64,000 nt of DNA from an uncultured Phycisphaeraceae bacterium. Its GTDB lineage: Bacteria > Planctomycetota > Phycisphaerae > UBA1845. Location of the stretch: contig CAYQFV010000002.1 in the NCBI GenBank assembly GCA_964416845.1, positions 4,525 through 68,524 on the forward strand. Direction: 5' to 3'. Of this stretch, positions 1-9,874 are shown in pieces. The notes below the pieces were generated by a model. It was not told the DNA's origin. It did no database searches and worked only from the letters and a program-made list of their open reading frames with translations. The position numbers and the translations under genes were made by a program. Each line of letters starts with the position of its first letter. Positions within the stretch are counted from its first letter, which is position 1.

Positions 1-381
1 GGCGCGGCCGAGCGTGATGCTCGTACCAGCCGTCGACACGATCTCGCCCATCACAACGTTGCGGTCAACGTACTCTTGGGCTGCTTGGCGTGCCTTCAAG
101 GCAGGCGTCGCCACCTCGGACAGACGTCCTGCAGCAGCCATAGCCGCCGCGTCCGCGGTTCGCTGAAGGTCGGCCCGAACATTCCACACATAACCCATGT
201 CAACGGTCAATGCGGTGAATCCGAGCAACACCGTCAAAGTCAGCATGACCTGAACGGCCACCACTGCGGGTCGTCTTGGCACTCGATGGTGCACTTCGCC
301 AATGCAGCCGGTCTCCTGTGCGCGCGAACTTATTCGTCGTCCGCTACGTGGCATACCCGTCTGCCAGTTTTTCGTTTCCAT
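1..381 (-). CDS. TadG-like Flp-pilus assembly protein, N-terminal part (C-terminus lies beyond position 1)
   Basis: Absent from the ORF track because it runs off the window. A reverse-strand ATG at 381 opens a frame that stays open to position 1 (127 codons): METKNWQTGMPRSGRR...VVAVQVMLTLTVLLGFTALTVDMGYVWNVRADLQRTADAAAMAAAGRL. A TM helix followed by VDxG...LQxxADAAAxAAA is the TadE/G-like N-terminal signature. It lies directly downstream of cpaB on the same strand. Confidence 0.6.
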   Translation of the reverse strand, partial: METKNWQTGMPRSGRRISSRAQETGCIGEVHHRVPRRPAVVAVQVMLTLTVLLGFTALTVDMGYVWNVRADLQRTADAAAMAAAGRLSEVATPALKARQAAQEYVDRNVVMGEIVSTAGTSITLGRA

Positions 382-606
382 GAGATTCGCCTCAAAAAAA
401 GGTCCGGATGATGTCAACTTCCACGCACGATGAATGCAGCCGTTCCCTCTTCTTGAAACCATATGGCACTTCAGTCCCCGCAGCCTCAGTCAACCCGGCG
501 ATTCGGCCACACAGCGCCGAACCGCAGCCTACTTTCCTTTCACCAGAACGCCTGCGGCCTCCGTGCCGCGCCAAGCATTTGGAACTGTACACTTCGTCAA
601 CGCGCT

Positions 607-1584
607 TCAACCTCCCTCCCCGTGTGGTGGAGGCGGAACATTGTTCTCGTCAGGGTCGTTGCCAGCACGACGTTGTGCCCGTCGTGTCGCGCGACGCGAC
701 GGACGCGTTGCGGGGCTCTTCGCTCGCAAAGTCGAATCAGTGCTGGCGAAACTCGACGTCGACGTTTGGCCGGCCCCGTCGACGATCATCACAGTGTAGT
801 CAGGGCTGGCTGCGCGCGGCGCCCGCGTTGCGGGCGCGCTGACGTAGCTCGGCGTCTTCTTGGGTGTCGGCACTTTCTCACCGAGAAGTTCCCGATCGCT
901 CGCCTCGCCAGCGTCCGCCTCCAGAAAATCGTCAGGGCTTCGCATTGCAAGCGTCACCTTGCCATTCGTCTGGGCCAAGTGCAGCTTAGGCACGTCCGAA
1001 TTCTTCACGAGCAGAGTGACCGATTTGGACGCTCTGGCCTTGCCACCCGACTCGGTCGCACCTGCCAGCATCCTGCCGACAGCCACCACTTCAATGCGCT
1101 GAAGGATGATCCTGCTCACAGTTTCTTTTCGTAGTCCGCTCCGCATCACTGCGATCACGTCGACAAAACTGCCCGGTCGCAGTTGGTATCCGACTCCCGA
1201 AACCTCATTGATCTTGATCGAGACAGCGCGAAACCCTTTCGGAATCCGGACGGTCAAGCCGGGAGGCGTGCCCTTCGGCGCGAGCAGACTTTCGCGCAGT
1301 ATCGCCCCTCGCGGAATCATGGTCTGTGCCACGCGATTCAACACTTTTTCAGAGGACGAAAAAGCGTCCGAACCCATGAGAGGGGTTTTCGGTGTCTGTA
1401 TCGTGCGCAACATCGTCTCTTCGATTTCAGCCGTCGCCGGAATGTCGTCCACTGCGATGACCGCCGTAATCATCTGAACTCGTGCACTCGCCTTGGCATT
1501 TTGCACCGTGTCGACGCCGAGCTTGATCGCCAAGCCGCCCATCGTGACGCCCAATACCAGAGGAATCATCATTCCTTTTTTCAT
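607..1584 (-). CDS. cpaB: Flp pilus assembly protein CpaB/RcpC
   Basis: 325-aa ORF with an N-terminal TM segment (MIPLVLGVTMGGLAI), then a SAF-like region (VIAVDDIPATAEIEETML) and a beta-clip region (RAVSIKINEVSGVGYQLRPGSFVDVIAV). GAGGTGG lies upstream of the ATG. It sits in a Tad gene context. Confidence 0.8.
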   Translation of the reverse strand: MKKGMMIPLVLGVTMGGLAIKLGVDTVQNAKASARVQMITAVIAVDDIPATAEIEETMLRTIQTPKTPLMGSDAFSSSEKVLNRVAQTMIPRGAILRESLLAPKGTPPGLTVRIPKGFRAVSIKINEVSGVGYQLRPGSFVDVIAVMRSGLRKETVSRIILQRIEVVAVGRMLAGATESGGKARASKSVTLLVKNSDVPKLHLAQTNGKVTLAMRSPDDFLEADAGEASDRELLGEKVPTPKKTPSYVSAPATRAPRAASPDYTVMIVDGAGQTSTSSFASTDSTLRAKSPATRPSRRATRRAQRRAGNDPDENNVPPPPHGEGG

Positions 1585-1701
1585 CGTCCACCTCGCTGTC
1601 GTGTAGAGTCAATGCCAACACCGAATTCCCCGAAGAACGTTCGGCGCGCCACCACAATTGGGCTCGCGCGTTTGGCAAGCGAGCCTGTTGCCATCCGCCG
1701 C

Positions 1702-2157
1702 TTAGGGGGCGGGCGCAGGAATTCCTTCCTTGCGCATGGAACTGCGTCCTCCCAGGTCATAGCCGCCGGTAAGAATGAATCCCCCGGTGATCGTAGCCCG
1801 TTCGACCGGCATGGAAAGCTGAACCCACTGCACTTCATCAGCCAGAGGCGAAGTCTCCACAGTCCAGTCAACGTTCTCGACATACCCGGTCGGCGCCATC
1901 ACTGCCCGCACGCGGGCCAAGACGTCCGCTTCGGTCGCTGTGGTCAAGATGGCTACACGGACGCCTTCTCGGGCGGCGTTCGTCAGAGTTTGACGCACCA
2001 TGAAGACCCACCCGAAGTCAATAATGCCGAACAACAGCGCGAGCAGCAGCGGCAAGACTACTGCGAACTCGACAATCGCCGCACCGCGCCGCTTCTTCTT
2101 TGACTGCCGCCACAAGGTTCGTGTTATCCGTCTCATGCTACACCATCCAGAAGTCAA
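1702..2157 (-). CDS. TadE-like pilus assembly protein
   Basis: The motif RRGAAIVEFAVVLPLLLALLFGIIDFGWVF is the TadE/TadF N-terminal signature. An alternative start MRRITR at 2136 would remove the overlap with cpaA. Confidence 0.75.
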   Translation of the reverse strand: MTSGWCSMRRITRTLWRQSKKKRRGAAIVEFAVVLPLLLALLFGIIDFGWVFMVRQTLTNAAREGVRVAILTTATEADVLARVRAVMAPTGYVENVDWTVETSPLADEVQWVQLSMPVERATITGGFILTGGYDLGGRSSMRKEGIPAPAP

Positions 2158-2692
2158 ACACTTGACCGCTCAACACGATCAGTGATCCGATCGTCAAGGG
2201 AATGCCATACGGCAGCAATTGTGGATTCGGGCCCAATGACTTGGCGGCCCCAAAGTCAGAGAACAGCGTTTCGCGTGACCGGATCTTGATCAGAATCACA
2301 TTCATATTCGTCCAGGCTTCGAACAGTCGCTTACGCCACAGAATCATGGCAACGGCGATGATCCCGCCAATGCCCGCACCGACGGTGAACGACACAAGCG
2401 TCATCCACGGGCCAAACCAGACCCCGATCGCCGCCATCAACTTGACGTCGCCAGCGCCCATCCCACGCATCGCCCACGGAACGATCAGCACGCCGAAACC
2501 GACCAACATACCCCAAAAACCCGCGACAATTCCCGGCCAACCGAAGAAGAACCCCTGCGCGACGAAACCCGCCGCTGCGAGGGCACCGTTGAGCCAATTG
2601 GGAACTCTCTTCTGGGCGTAGTCAATCCACGATGCCAACAGCACTGCCGGTACCAACACGGCGCACGTCACCGCCCAATAGCCCGAAATCAT
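2138..2692 (-). CDS. cpaA: A24-family prepilin peptidase (CpaA/TadV type)
   Basis: 184-aa polytopic membrane ORF. It has the two Asp motifs expected for type IV prepilin peptidases (SWIDYAQKRVPN ... GMGAGDVKLMAAIG). It lies between flp and tadE. Confidence 0.8.
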   Translation of the reverse strand: MISGYWAVTCAVLVPAVLLASWIDYAQKRVPNWLNGALAAAGFVAQGFFFGWPGIVAGFWGMLVGFGVLIVPWAMRGMGAGDVKLMAAIGVWFGPWMTLVSFTVGAGIGGIIAVAMILWRKRLFEAWTNMNVILIKIRSRETLFSDFGAAKSLGPNPQLLPYGIPLTIGSLIVLSGQVFDFWMV

Positions 2693-2931
2693 CTCGTTTG
2701 CACTCCACTCTTGCTTGGAAGCCCAGGCCGCCGAACCCTAACTGGATATCACGCCAGCCTCTCTGACAACATCGTAATCCCCGTGGAAAAAAACGGGGTG
2801 GGTGTGCGCCCCATCGGACGCCACCCACCCGCCATACACCTTGGCAGACCCGTTCAACCTGGTGATTGCACGCACACGCAGGCCCTCCACCAGCGGAGTC
2901 AACGGGTGGCCCGTCCGGCATGACCCGAGAC

Positions 2932-3129
2932 CTACGGGCCGGCCGGCGCGGCAACGTTCGGCAATGCGGCTTCGACGTTGGTAAACGTCTCAGACACCTT
3001 GTCGCCTACCAACTGAATCGACCCGATCGCGGCGACAATAATCAACGCCAGCATCACGGCGTACTCGGTCGCCGTCGGGCCATCTTCGCTCCGCAGAAAC
3101 TCATTCGCACGATTCCAGAAGTTCTTCAT
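2932..3129 (-). CDS. flp: Flp-family type IVb pilin
   Basis: MKNFWNRANEFLRSEDG|PTATEYAVMLALIIVAAIGSI shows the Flp G/xxxxEY processing motif followed by a hydrophobic helix. GGGAG lies about 10 nt upstream of the ATG at 3129. The track ORF starts 8 codons earlier, at 3153. Confidence 0.8.
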   Translation of the reverse strand: MKNFWNRANEFLRSEDGPTATEYAVMLALIIVAAIGSIQLVGDKVSETFTNVEAALPNVAAPAGP

Positions 3130-3768
3130 TGTAATTGCTCCCTTCGCAGACACCCGTTGGAGCCACTTGCGTGGCTCCGCTGGAGATTCGATTTGCGCGC
3201 CGCATTCCTCCTGAATGGCAGCGCCACCCCCCTATCGACTCCAACCTCCGAGGGTCGCGAGCTTCAAACCGGCCACATCCTTTGCGCCGGAACAATGCAA
3301 CACTGGTGGTGATGGCGAAGACCTGCGCCGGTCACCGCGTCGCAGCACAGTGCCAAGATACTAACGTGGGAATGCCATCTTTCTCCCCCGACAGTCGCTT
3401 CGAGGTAGCCGGCAGTGGCCACCAAACACTGTCTACATTTGGAACATATGAAACAACTGCGGCGCGAGCAAATCGTTCGCAAGAATATTGTTGACTTCGA
3501 GTTATCGCCCCGTACAAACGCACTGGCATGCGTTCACTGATGCGCCGAGACACTCCTGTAACATTATACGCCGGCCCAAGCGCTCAAAGTCCGAATGCGC
3601 AGACTGGCTCCAGCGCCAAACTACTGCCGGACGGCAAGTGGAATCAAGATTCTGAACGAATCGACGATGGTGCGGACGAAGAACTATGGGACGTAGTGCG
3701 ACGGAGGTCACCGTGAACACGTCGACTGCCACGATCGGTCGAAAGGAAAATCCGAAGTGCGCGTCCGG

Positions 3769-4959
3769 TTACTTGGGCTTGGCGTTCGATAGTAGACCGG
3801 CGATCCGATCAAGCCCCGCCGAAAGCTGTTCCATACTTGAGGCGAAAGAAATGCGGACGTGATCGTCCATTCCGAACGCCGCACCCGGTACGACCGCCAC
3901 GTGGGCGTTGTCGAGCAACGTTTCGGCGAATTGGCCGCTCGACGAAACACCCAGTCTGTCGAACGCACCTCGGACGTTGGGGAAGACGTAGAACGCACCC
4001 GCCGGCGGAAGACAGTGAATGCCCGGCAGGTCGTTCAGGCGTTTGTGGACGTAGGCGCCGCGTTCGGCAAATGCGTCGCGCATCTGGTCAACACACGATT
4101 GGCTTTGGTCCAGCGCCGCTGCGTACGCGAGTTGGCAAAATGGCGGAACGCCACTCGTACCCTGCGACTGCAGCTTCGCGATTGCCCGCACGAGATCCAC
4201 AGGCCCCGCAACGAACCCTACCCGCCACCCCGTCATCGCGTAGGCCTTGGAGGCGCTGTTGAGCGTGACGGTTCGGCCATACGCGTCGTCACTCGCAGCG
4301 GCAAAGCTCAGGCATTCTCGGTCGTCAAACACCAGACGGTCGTAAATCTCGTCGCTTAGCACGGTAACATTCGTTCCCGCCACGACATCGGCGATGCCTC
4401 GAATCTGCTCGGGGCTGTAGAGATGCCCTCCGGGATTGCTCGGTGAGTTCATGACGAGCGCCCGCGTTCGATCCGTGATGGCCGCACGGATCTGGTCCGG
4501 CGGAACGCAGAATCCGGTGGACTCATCCCCGTGCACGAACACCGGCACGCCGCCGGCGAGTTTCACGATCTCCGGATAGCTGACCCAATAGGGTACTGGA
4601 ATGATGACCTCGTCACCGGGATCGAGAATCGCCTGCAAGACGAGACCGTACGCAAGCTTTCCACCGACCGTGATGATGATCTGATCTGCGGAGTATTCCA
4701 GACGGTTGTCGCGCTCGAGCTTTCGCCGCACCGCTTCCTTCAACTCAGATAACCCCGATGCCGGTTTGGAGTACCTGGTCTGACCCTCGCTAAGGGCCTG
4801 ACATGCCCGAGCGACGATGTGCTTCGGCGTTGGAAACTCCGGCTCACCCGCGCCAAAACTGATGATGTCGATGCCTTCCGATCTCAGCTTGGCTGCTTTG
4901 GCTGTGACGGCCAGCGTCGCGGACTCTGCCAACGATTGGACACGACTAGACAGTTTCAT
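3769..4959 (-). CDS. Pyridoxal-phosphate-dependent class I aminotransferase (aspartate aminotransferase-like)
   Basis: 396 aa. Motifs: FGAGEPEFPTP, NSPSNPGG, and the PLP-lysine block SASKAYAMTGWRVG. Confidence 0.85.
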   Translation of the reverse strand: MKLSSRVQSLAESATLAVTAKAAKLRSEGIDIISFGAGEPEFPTPKHIVARACQALSEGQTRYSKPASGLSELKEAVRRKLERDNRLEYSADQIIITVGGKLAYGLVLQAILDPGDEVIIPVPYWVSYPEIVKLAGGVPVFVHGDESTGFCVPPDQIRAAITDRTRALVMNSPSNPGGHLYSPEQIRGIADVVAGTNVTVLSDEIYDRLVFDDRECLSFAAASDDAYGRTVTLNSASKAYAMTGWRVGFVAGPVDLVRAIAKLQSQGTSGVPPFCQLAYAAALDQSQSCVDQMRDAFAERGAYVHKRLNDLPGIHCLPPAGAFYVFPNVRGAFDRLGVSSSGQFAETLLDNAHVAVVPGAAFGMDDHVRISFASSMEQLSAGLDRIAGLLSNAKPK

Positions 4960-5072
4960 AGCGCCTCCCCAAGAATCACGCGTAATGATGAACAGACCAT
5001 CGAAAAACGTCTACGCACCGGTACGTAGCCGATCGGATCAAAGACATGTTGAACCACCGATGGCGGTGGATG

Positions 5073-5588
5073 TTACTCGGCGAGAGCGGGCGCGGGAAGG
5101 GTGTCGATCGCAAACCCTCTGAATCGCGACACCACCACAACAACGCTTAACACGAGCAGTGTCACATTCTCCGCAAGTTTCTTGCAAATGTTGATCACTC
5201 CCGCGCCACAGCCGCAATCAAACTCGATGGCACAAAAAGCGATGCCGGTGTCGTGATACACACCCAGCGCCCGCACAAAAATCGCCGTCGTGAAGAACAC
5301 CATGAGGGTCAATATGATAGCGCCAGCGCCTCGAAGCCAGAATCCGACGATCAGCAACAGGCCGCAGACGATTTCCACCCAGGGCAAAACGATGGCGGAA
5401 CCGTTGAGGAAAATCGGCGGAGACTCCGGGAGCAGATGGTACTCGCGGATATTCTTGAGAAACTTAACGGGCTCGGCGATCTTCCCGATCGCAAGGTAAA
5501 CAAACACCCCGCCCACCACAAGCCGGGCGAGGAGCATGGGAACGCCGGTACCATCGATCCTGCGGAGCAAGGAAGGGTGTTGGTTCAT
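5073..5588 (-). CDS. DoxX/MauE-family membrane protein
   Basis: 171 aa with four predicted TM helices and a Cys cluster (FCAIEFDCGCGAG). Its start overlaps the rhodanese stop (ATGA at 5585-5588). Confidence 0.6.
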   Translation of the reverse strand: MNQHPSLLRRIDGTGVPMLLARLVVGGVFVYLAIGKIAEPVKFLKNIREYHLLPESPPIFLNGSAIVLPWVEIVCGLLLIVGFWLRGAGAIILTLMVFFTTAIFVRALGVYHDTGIAFCAIEFDCGCGAGVINICKKLAENVTLLVLSVVVVVSRFRGFAIDTLPAPALAE

Positions 5589-6217
5589 TGGTCGTCAGGC
5601 TCCAAGTCGCTCGCCTCTTCGAAACTCGAAGACGATTCTTGCATTTCAAGTTGTTGCGCACCCTCTTCCAGAGGCAGCTCCTCCGCGACCCATTCCTTCA
5701 TGCCACCTTCGAATACGGCCAGCTTGTCGAACTCGATGCCGCGCGATTCCAATTCCGTCGCGAGAAAAATGCTGTCCTCACAGTCACCACCGCCGCAATA
5801 GACAATGACCCGCTCGGCGGCTTCCAGATACGGCAGAACTGCACCGAAGTCCCTATCAACGTTGTAGTTGTCGATTTGGAACGCGCCCGGAATGTGGCCC
5901 TCGGCGAAATGTTCGTCGTTCCTAGCATCCACGATCACAATCTCACCGTTGAGAATCTCTTCGCCGTTAACAATCTCGATCATCTCGTCGACCGACACCG
6001 CGGCAAAGGGATTGTTGATCTCCGATTCCAAGGCATCCGGGGCTGACGTCGCACTCGCCGCCTCCTCGCCTCCGGTCGAGCCGACGGGAGCTTGGGCGAT
6101 CTTGAAATAGTTCCGGCCGACGCTGATCGACACATCCGGTCGGACCGCGTTGAAACCCATCCCCATCAACGCCCCGACGAGGAGAATAACCAAGACAGGC
6201 AGGACTACGGTTCGCAT
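5585..6217 (-). CDS. Rhodanese-domain protein, membrane-anchored
   Basis: N-terminal TM segment, then a rhodanese fold signature: IVIVDARNDEHFAEGHIPGAFQI ... VIVYCGGGDCEDS (active-site Cys loop) ... FEGGMKEW. Confidence 0.75.
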   Translation of the reverse strand: MRTVVLPVLVILLVGALMGMGFNAVRPDVSISVGRNYFKIAQAPVGSTGGEEAASATSAPDALESEINNPFAAVSVDEMIEIVNGEEILNGEIVIVDARNDEHFAEGHIPGAFQIDNYNVDRDFGAVLPYLEAAERVIVYCGGGDCEDSIFLATELESRGIEFDKLAVFEGGMKEWVAEELPLEEGAQQLEMQESSSSFEEASDLEPDDQ

Positions 6218-6615
6218 CTCGCTCCTCTCGAAAAGGGCAGCGGGTTCAACTATTGACGCTGCGGCGGCCGCACTCGCGATACCACTGAAAGCACACGCAA
6301 TTGTGTTGAATGCTCACCAGCGAGTCAACGTGGTCGGCCAAAGTTACACCCCGGTGACCGATTTGCCGCCGCGGTGGCCGCTCGCGGTACCCCGTTCGGC
6401 CCATCAGCACGTCGTCGCAATCGAGATTACTTGGACGTTGCGACCGGTTCGGTTATTCTGCGGCCTCGTGAAATCGCCGGCTGATCCCCACTGAGGGCGC
6501 ACGCAGACGAACAGACGATCGTCAGCAGGCCCGGAGGTCGCCCGGGCGTGCGTTTGGTGTGATCCGCACACGAGAAGAGTCGAGAAATGGCCTACCGTAG
6601 CTGGAGACTGCAGCT

Positions 6616-8628
6616 TTGAAACCACAGAACATTCGAAACATCGCGTTGATCGGGCATGGAAGCGCCGGAAAAACATCTCTCGCAGAGGCGTGCCTGCATC
6701 TCACCGGCGTCACAAGCCGGCTGGGCGTCATCGCCGACGGCACGTGTCTTCTTGACTTCACAGACGAAGAGAAAGAAAAACAATGTTCGCTCCAGGCGGC
6801 GATCTGCACCGTGACGCACGGCGACACCCAGATCAACATCATCGACACACCCGGCTCGCCCGATTTCTGCGGCCACGCGATCCCCGCGCTCGCTGCGATT
6901 GAGACGGCCGTCGTTGTCATCTCGGCGACATCCGGTATTGAGGTCAACACACGCAAGATGTTCGAACGCGCCGTCGCCCACGGCGTGGGGACCATCATCG
7001 CAGTCAACAAGATCGACGCTGACAACGTCAACCTGCCAGAGTTGGTGCAGCAGATTCAGGAATCGTTCGGCACGTCATGTCTGCCCGTCAACTTGCCCGC
7101 CGATGGTGGCAAGAGCGTCATCCGCCTTCTGGGCGGATCGGGCACGCCTGATTTCGACGACCTTGAGTCGGCACACACCGCCGTCGTCGAAGCGGTGGTG
7201 GGAGCCGATGATGAACTGATGGAACGCTACCTCGGCGGCGAGGTGTCTGACGAAGAAGTGCGGCGCTTCACGGCGTTGGCGGTCACTTCCGGCGAGATCA
7301 TTCCGATCGTGTTCACCGGGTCTCGCACCAACGTGGGCATCAAGGAATTCCTCGACGCGATTGTCTCCTACGCCGCCAGCCCGATCGACGGCAAGCGACG
7401 GCAATTGGTGGACGACGACACGACAACGGAGATCGAGCCGACCGAGGATGGCCCGTTCATCGGGCAAGCGTTCAAGGTGGCCAGCGACGAAAAAACCCAC
7501 ATCAAGTATTCCTTCGTACGCATCCACCGCGGCAAGCTTCGGTCCGACACAACGCTCCACACCGCATCCGAGAAGAAAGGACTCCGCCCCGGTCAAGTGT
7601 ACCGCATGATGGGGCCTGATCACCAAGATCTCGACGAAGCCGGTGCGGGTGACATCGTCGCGCTCGCCAAGCTCGATCTTCACATCGGCGACGTCCTGTT
7701 CTCCGAGACGGGCGGTACCATCGAGATGCCCAAGCTTCCTTCGCCCATGTTCTCTTTGGCGATCGAGGCTGAGGCACGCGGCGATGAGGACAAGGTATCC
7801 GCGGCGTTTCGGCGATACATGGACGAAGACCCTTGCTTCCTCACCGAGTACAACTCCAGCACGCACGAAACCGTCATTCGCGGAACCGGCGATCTGCACT
7901 TGCGAACGCTTCTCGCGCGTTTGGCGGCCCACCACAAGATCGAGGTCAATACGCATCCGCCCAAGATTCCCTACCGTGAGACCATCAGCGGCCACGCGCG
8001 TGACATCGAATACACGCACAAGAAACAATCCGGCGGCGCGGGGCAGTTCGGTCGCGTGGTTATCAACCTTGACCCGACCGAACGCGGCGAAGGGTACAAG
8101 TTCGTCGACAAGATCTTCGGAGGCTCCATCGACGCACCGTTCCGTTCGAGCGTGAACAAGGGAATACAAGCCCAACTCCAGCAGGGCGTCGTGGCTGGTT
8201 ACCCCATCGTCGATGTCCAAGTTGAACTGATCGACGGCAAGACTCACCCGGTCGATAGCAAAGACATTGCGTTTCAAATTGCCGGTCGAGGCGCGTTCAA
8301 AGAAGCGTTCATGAAGTCCAAACCGATTCTCCTCGAGCCGATCGTCTCCGTAGAGGTCACCGCGCCGGTGGACAATCTGGGAGACTTGCAGGGAGACTTC
8401 GCATCCCGCAGGGGCAGGGTAGAGGGGCAGGAAATGCTCCCCGGCAACATGGCCGTCTTGCGAGGCTTGGTTCCACTCGCAGAAATGTCCGACTTCCATT
8501 CGCGGTTGTCGAGTATTTCCGGCGGCCAGGGCAGCTACAGCATGGAGCTATCGCACTACGACCCAGTGCCCAGCAACGTGCAGCAACGGGTGATCGAGGC
8601 GGCCAGCAAGCCCCAAGAATCAGCTTGA
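6616..8628 (+). CDS. Elongation factor G family GTPase (EF-G paralogue)
   Basis: 670 aa with a TTG start. G1 IALIGHGSAGKTSL, G3 DTPGSPDF, G4 NKID, and domain IV/V blocks (YRETI..., KKQSGGAGQFG). The P-loop differs from the canonical AHIDAGKTT, which suggests a second-copy EF-G. Confidence 0.85.
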   Translation: MKPQNIRNIALIGHGSAGKTSLAEACLHLTGVTSRLGVIADGTCLLDFTDEEKEKQCSLQAAICTVTHGDTQINIIDTPGSPDFCGHAIPALAAIETAVVVISATSGIEVNTRKMFERAVAHGVGTIIAVNKIDADNVNLPELVQQIQESFGTSCLPVNLPADGGKSVIRLLGGSGTPDFDDLESAHTAVVEAVVGADDELMERYLGGEVSDEEVRRFTALAVTSGEIIPIVFTGSRTNVGIKEFLDAIVSYAASPIDGKRRQLVDDDTTTEIEPTEDGPFIGQAFKVASDEKTHIKYSFVRIHRGKLRSDTTLHTASEKKGLRPGQVYRMMGPDHQDLDEAGAGDIVALAKLDLHIGDVLFSETGGTIEMPKLPSPMFSLAIEAEARGDEDKVSAAFRRYMDEDPCFLTEYNSSTHETVIRGTGDLHLRTLLARLAAHHKIEVNTHPPKIPYRETISGHARDIEYTHKKQSGGAGQFGRVVINLDPTERGEGYKFVDKIFGGSIDAPFRSSVNKGIQAQLQQGVVAGYPIVDVQVELIDGKTHPVDSKDIAFQIAGRGAFKEAFMKSKPILLEPIVSVEVTAPVDNLGDLQGDFASRRGRVEGQEMLPGNMAVLRGLVPLAEMSDFHSRLSSISGGQGSYSMELSHYDPVPSNVQQRVIEAASKPQESA

Positions 8629-9004
8629 CGCATCGGTCCACCGAGGCATTGCTCACAATTGAGAGACTGGCGGCGCGGCAGCGTTCGCTCCCGCCAGCCG
8701 GCTAACTTGCACGCGCGCAATAGGTTAGTCCGCGCCCGCCGATCTCGAACAATCGGCCTTGGAGCATTCTTGCCGCAGCCTCGATCTTCAGTGTTGTCTT
8801 GCCCGTTTATCAGACCTACAAAGAAATAGCCACAGTGGTTGCACCGTTCTTTCGTATCGCGACACACGTTGGATGCGCGCACACTATTGAGCTTTTCCCC
8901 TCCGGAAAGCACCGGGTCCGCTCTTTGATGGGCAGCCCGGTGTTTTCTTTGCGCGCCGATGCAGCCGGATTTGAAAAACCCAATGGTGTGGTTACAAAGA
9001 TTAA

Positions 9005-9862
9005 CTACCGATGGCGATCGGATAGCAGAAGACTGATGAGCGCGAGTTGGATGAAGCTCGCCAAGGCGAAACGTGCCAACGCAGTGGTGATGTCGTCGCC
9101 GAGCATCGCGAACACACCCCAGGCAGCCACGAACACAGCCAGCATTTGCAGCAAAGTTCCGAACAGCCGCGCGAGCGAAAAATCATCTTGCAAGGTCGTG
9201 CGCTGCGCACGGTCCAGCAAGTCACGTATCTCCACCAGCAACGATCGATAGTCGTCCACCCGATCATCCGGGTTGGATTGCTCGGCGCGAGCCGCACTTT
9301 CGTCGCCATCTCTTTCCACGATGTCAACCGCCTCCGTGAGTGATGCCACCCGAGCGTCCGCCGGAACGTCCTGAGCTTGTTCGGATTCGCCGTTCAGGTC
9401 AATCAAAATCGTCCGACAACCAGCCGCTCGACCGGCTTGAACATCTCGCGCGGAGTCTCCGATCATCCACGATCGCGACAAATCGATGTCCATTTCCCCC
9501 GCAGCTTGAATCAACATTCCAGGCTCGGGCTTGCGAAGCTCGCTCTTCGTGCGGTATCGGTCCACCACCGCCGCCGAGCCTTCCAGAAATGGACAATAGT
9601 AGATTCCGTCCAGACGGGCGCCGCCCGCGGCCAGAAGAGATCGCAAACGGTCGTGAATGGAGGCCAGCGTCGTTTCATCGAACAGACCACGAGCGACACC
9701 CGACTGATTGCTGACCACGACGACTTTGAACCCCTGATGATTCAACCGAGTGACCGCGTCGATTGCGTCGGGCACGAGATGCACCTTGTCGGGATCGTCG
9801 ATGAAACCCGAGTCCATCACCAGCGTGTCGTCGCGATCGAGAAAAACAGCAGCATCGCCCAT
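9005..9862 (-). CDS. HAD-IIIA phosphatase (GmhB-like) with a hydrophobic C-terminal extension
   Basis: HAD motifs: VFLDRDDTL (motif I), VVVSNQSG (II), KPEPGM (III), IGDSARDVQAG (IV). About 100 extra C-terminal residues end in hydrophobic segments (LLQMLAVFVAAWGVFAML, FALASFIQLALISLLL). Confidence 0.7.
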   Translation of the reverse strand: MGDAAVFLDRDDTLVMDSGFIDDPDKVHLVPDAIDAVTRLNHQGFKVVVVSNQSGVARGLFDETTLASIHDRLRSLLAAGGARLDGIYYCPFLEGSAAVVDRYRTKSELRKPEPGMLIQAAGEMDIDLSRSWMIGDSARDVQAGRAAGCRTILIDLNGESEQAQDVPADARVASLTEAVDIVERDGDESAARAEQSNPDDRVDDYRSLLVEIRDLLDRAQRTTLQDDFSLARLFGTLLQMLAVFVAAWGVFAMLGDDITTALARFALASFIQLALISLLLSDRHR

Positions 9863-9874
9863 GAATCCGCTCGC

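Noticed and set aside
7075-8499. 474-aa ORF on the minus strand
   Set aside because: It lies entirely antisense to the EF-G paralogue, whose GTPase and domain IV/V motifs are unambiguous. The translation is Arg, Gly and Val-rich low-information sequence typical of shadow ORFs in high-GC DNA.
8909-8950. Hairpin CACCGGG ... CCCGGTG followed by TTTTCTTT, a possible intrinsic terminator or sRNA 3' end downstream of the EF-G paralogue
   Set aside because: The stem is only 7 bp with a 19-nt loop, and it lies about 280 nt past the stop codon. That is too weak to annotate, although the 375-bp gap (8629-9004) has no other explanation.
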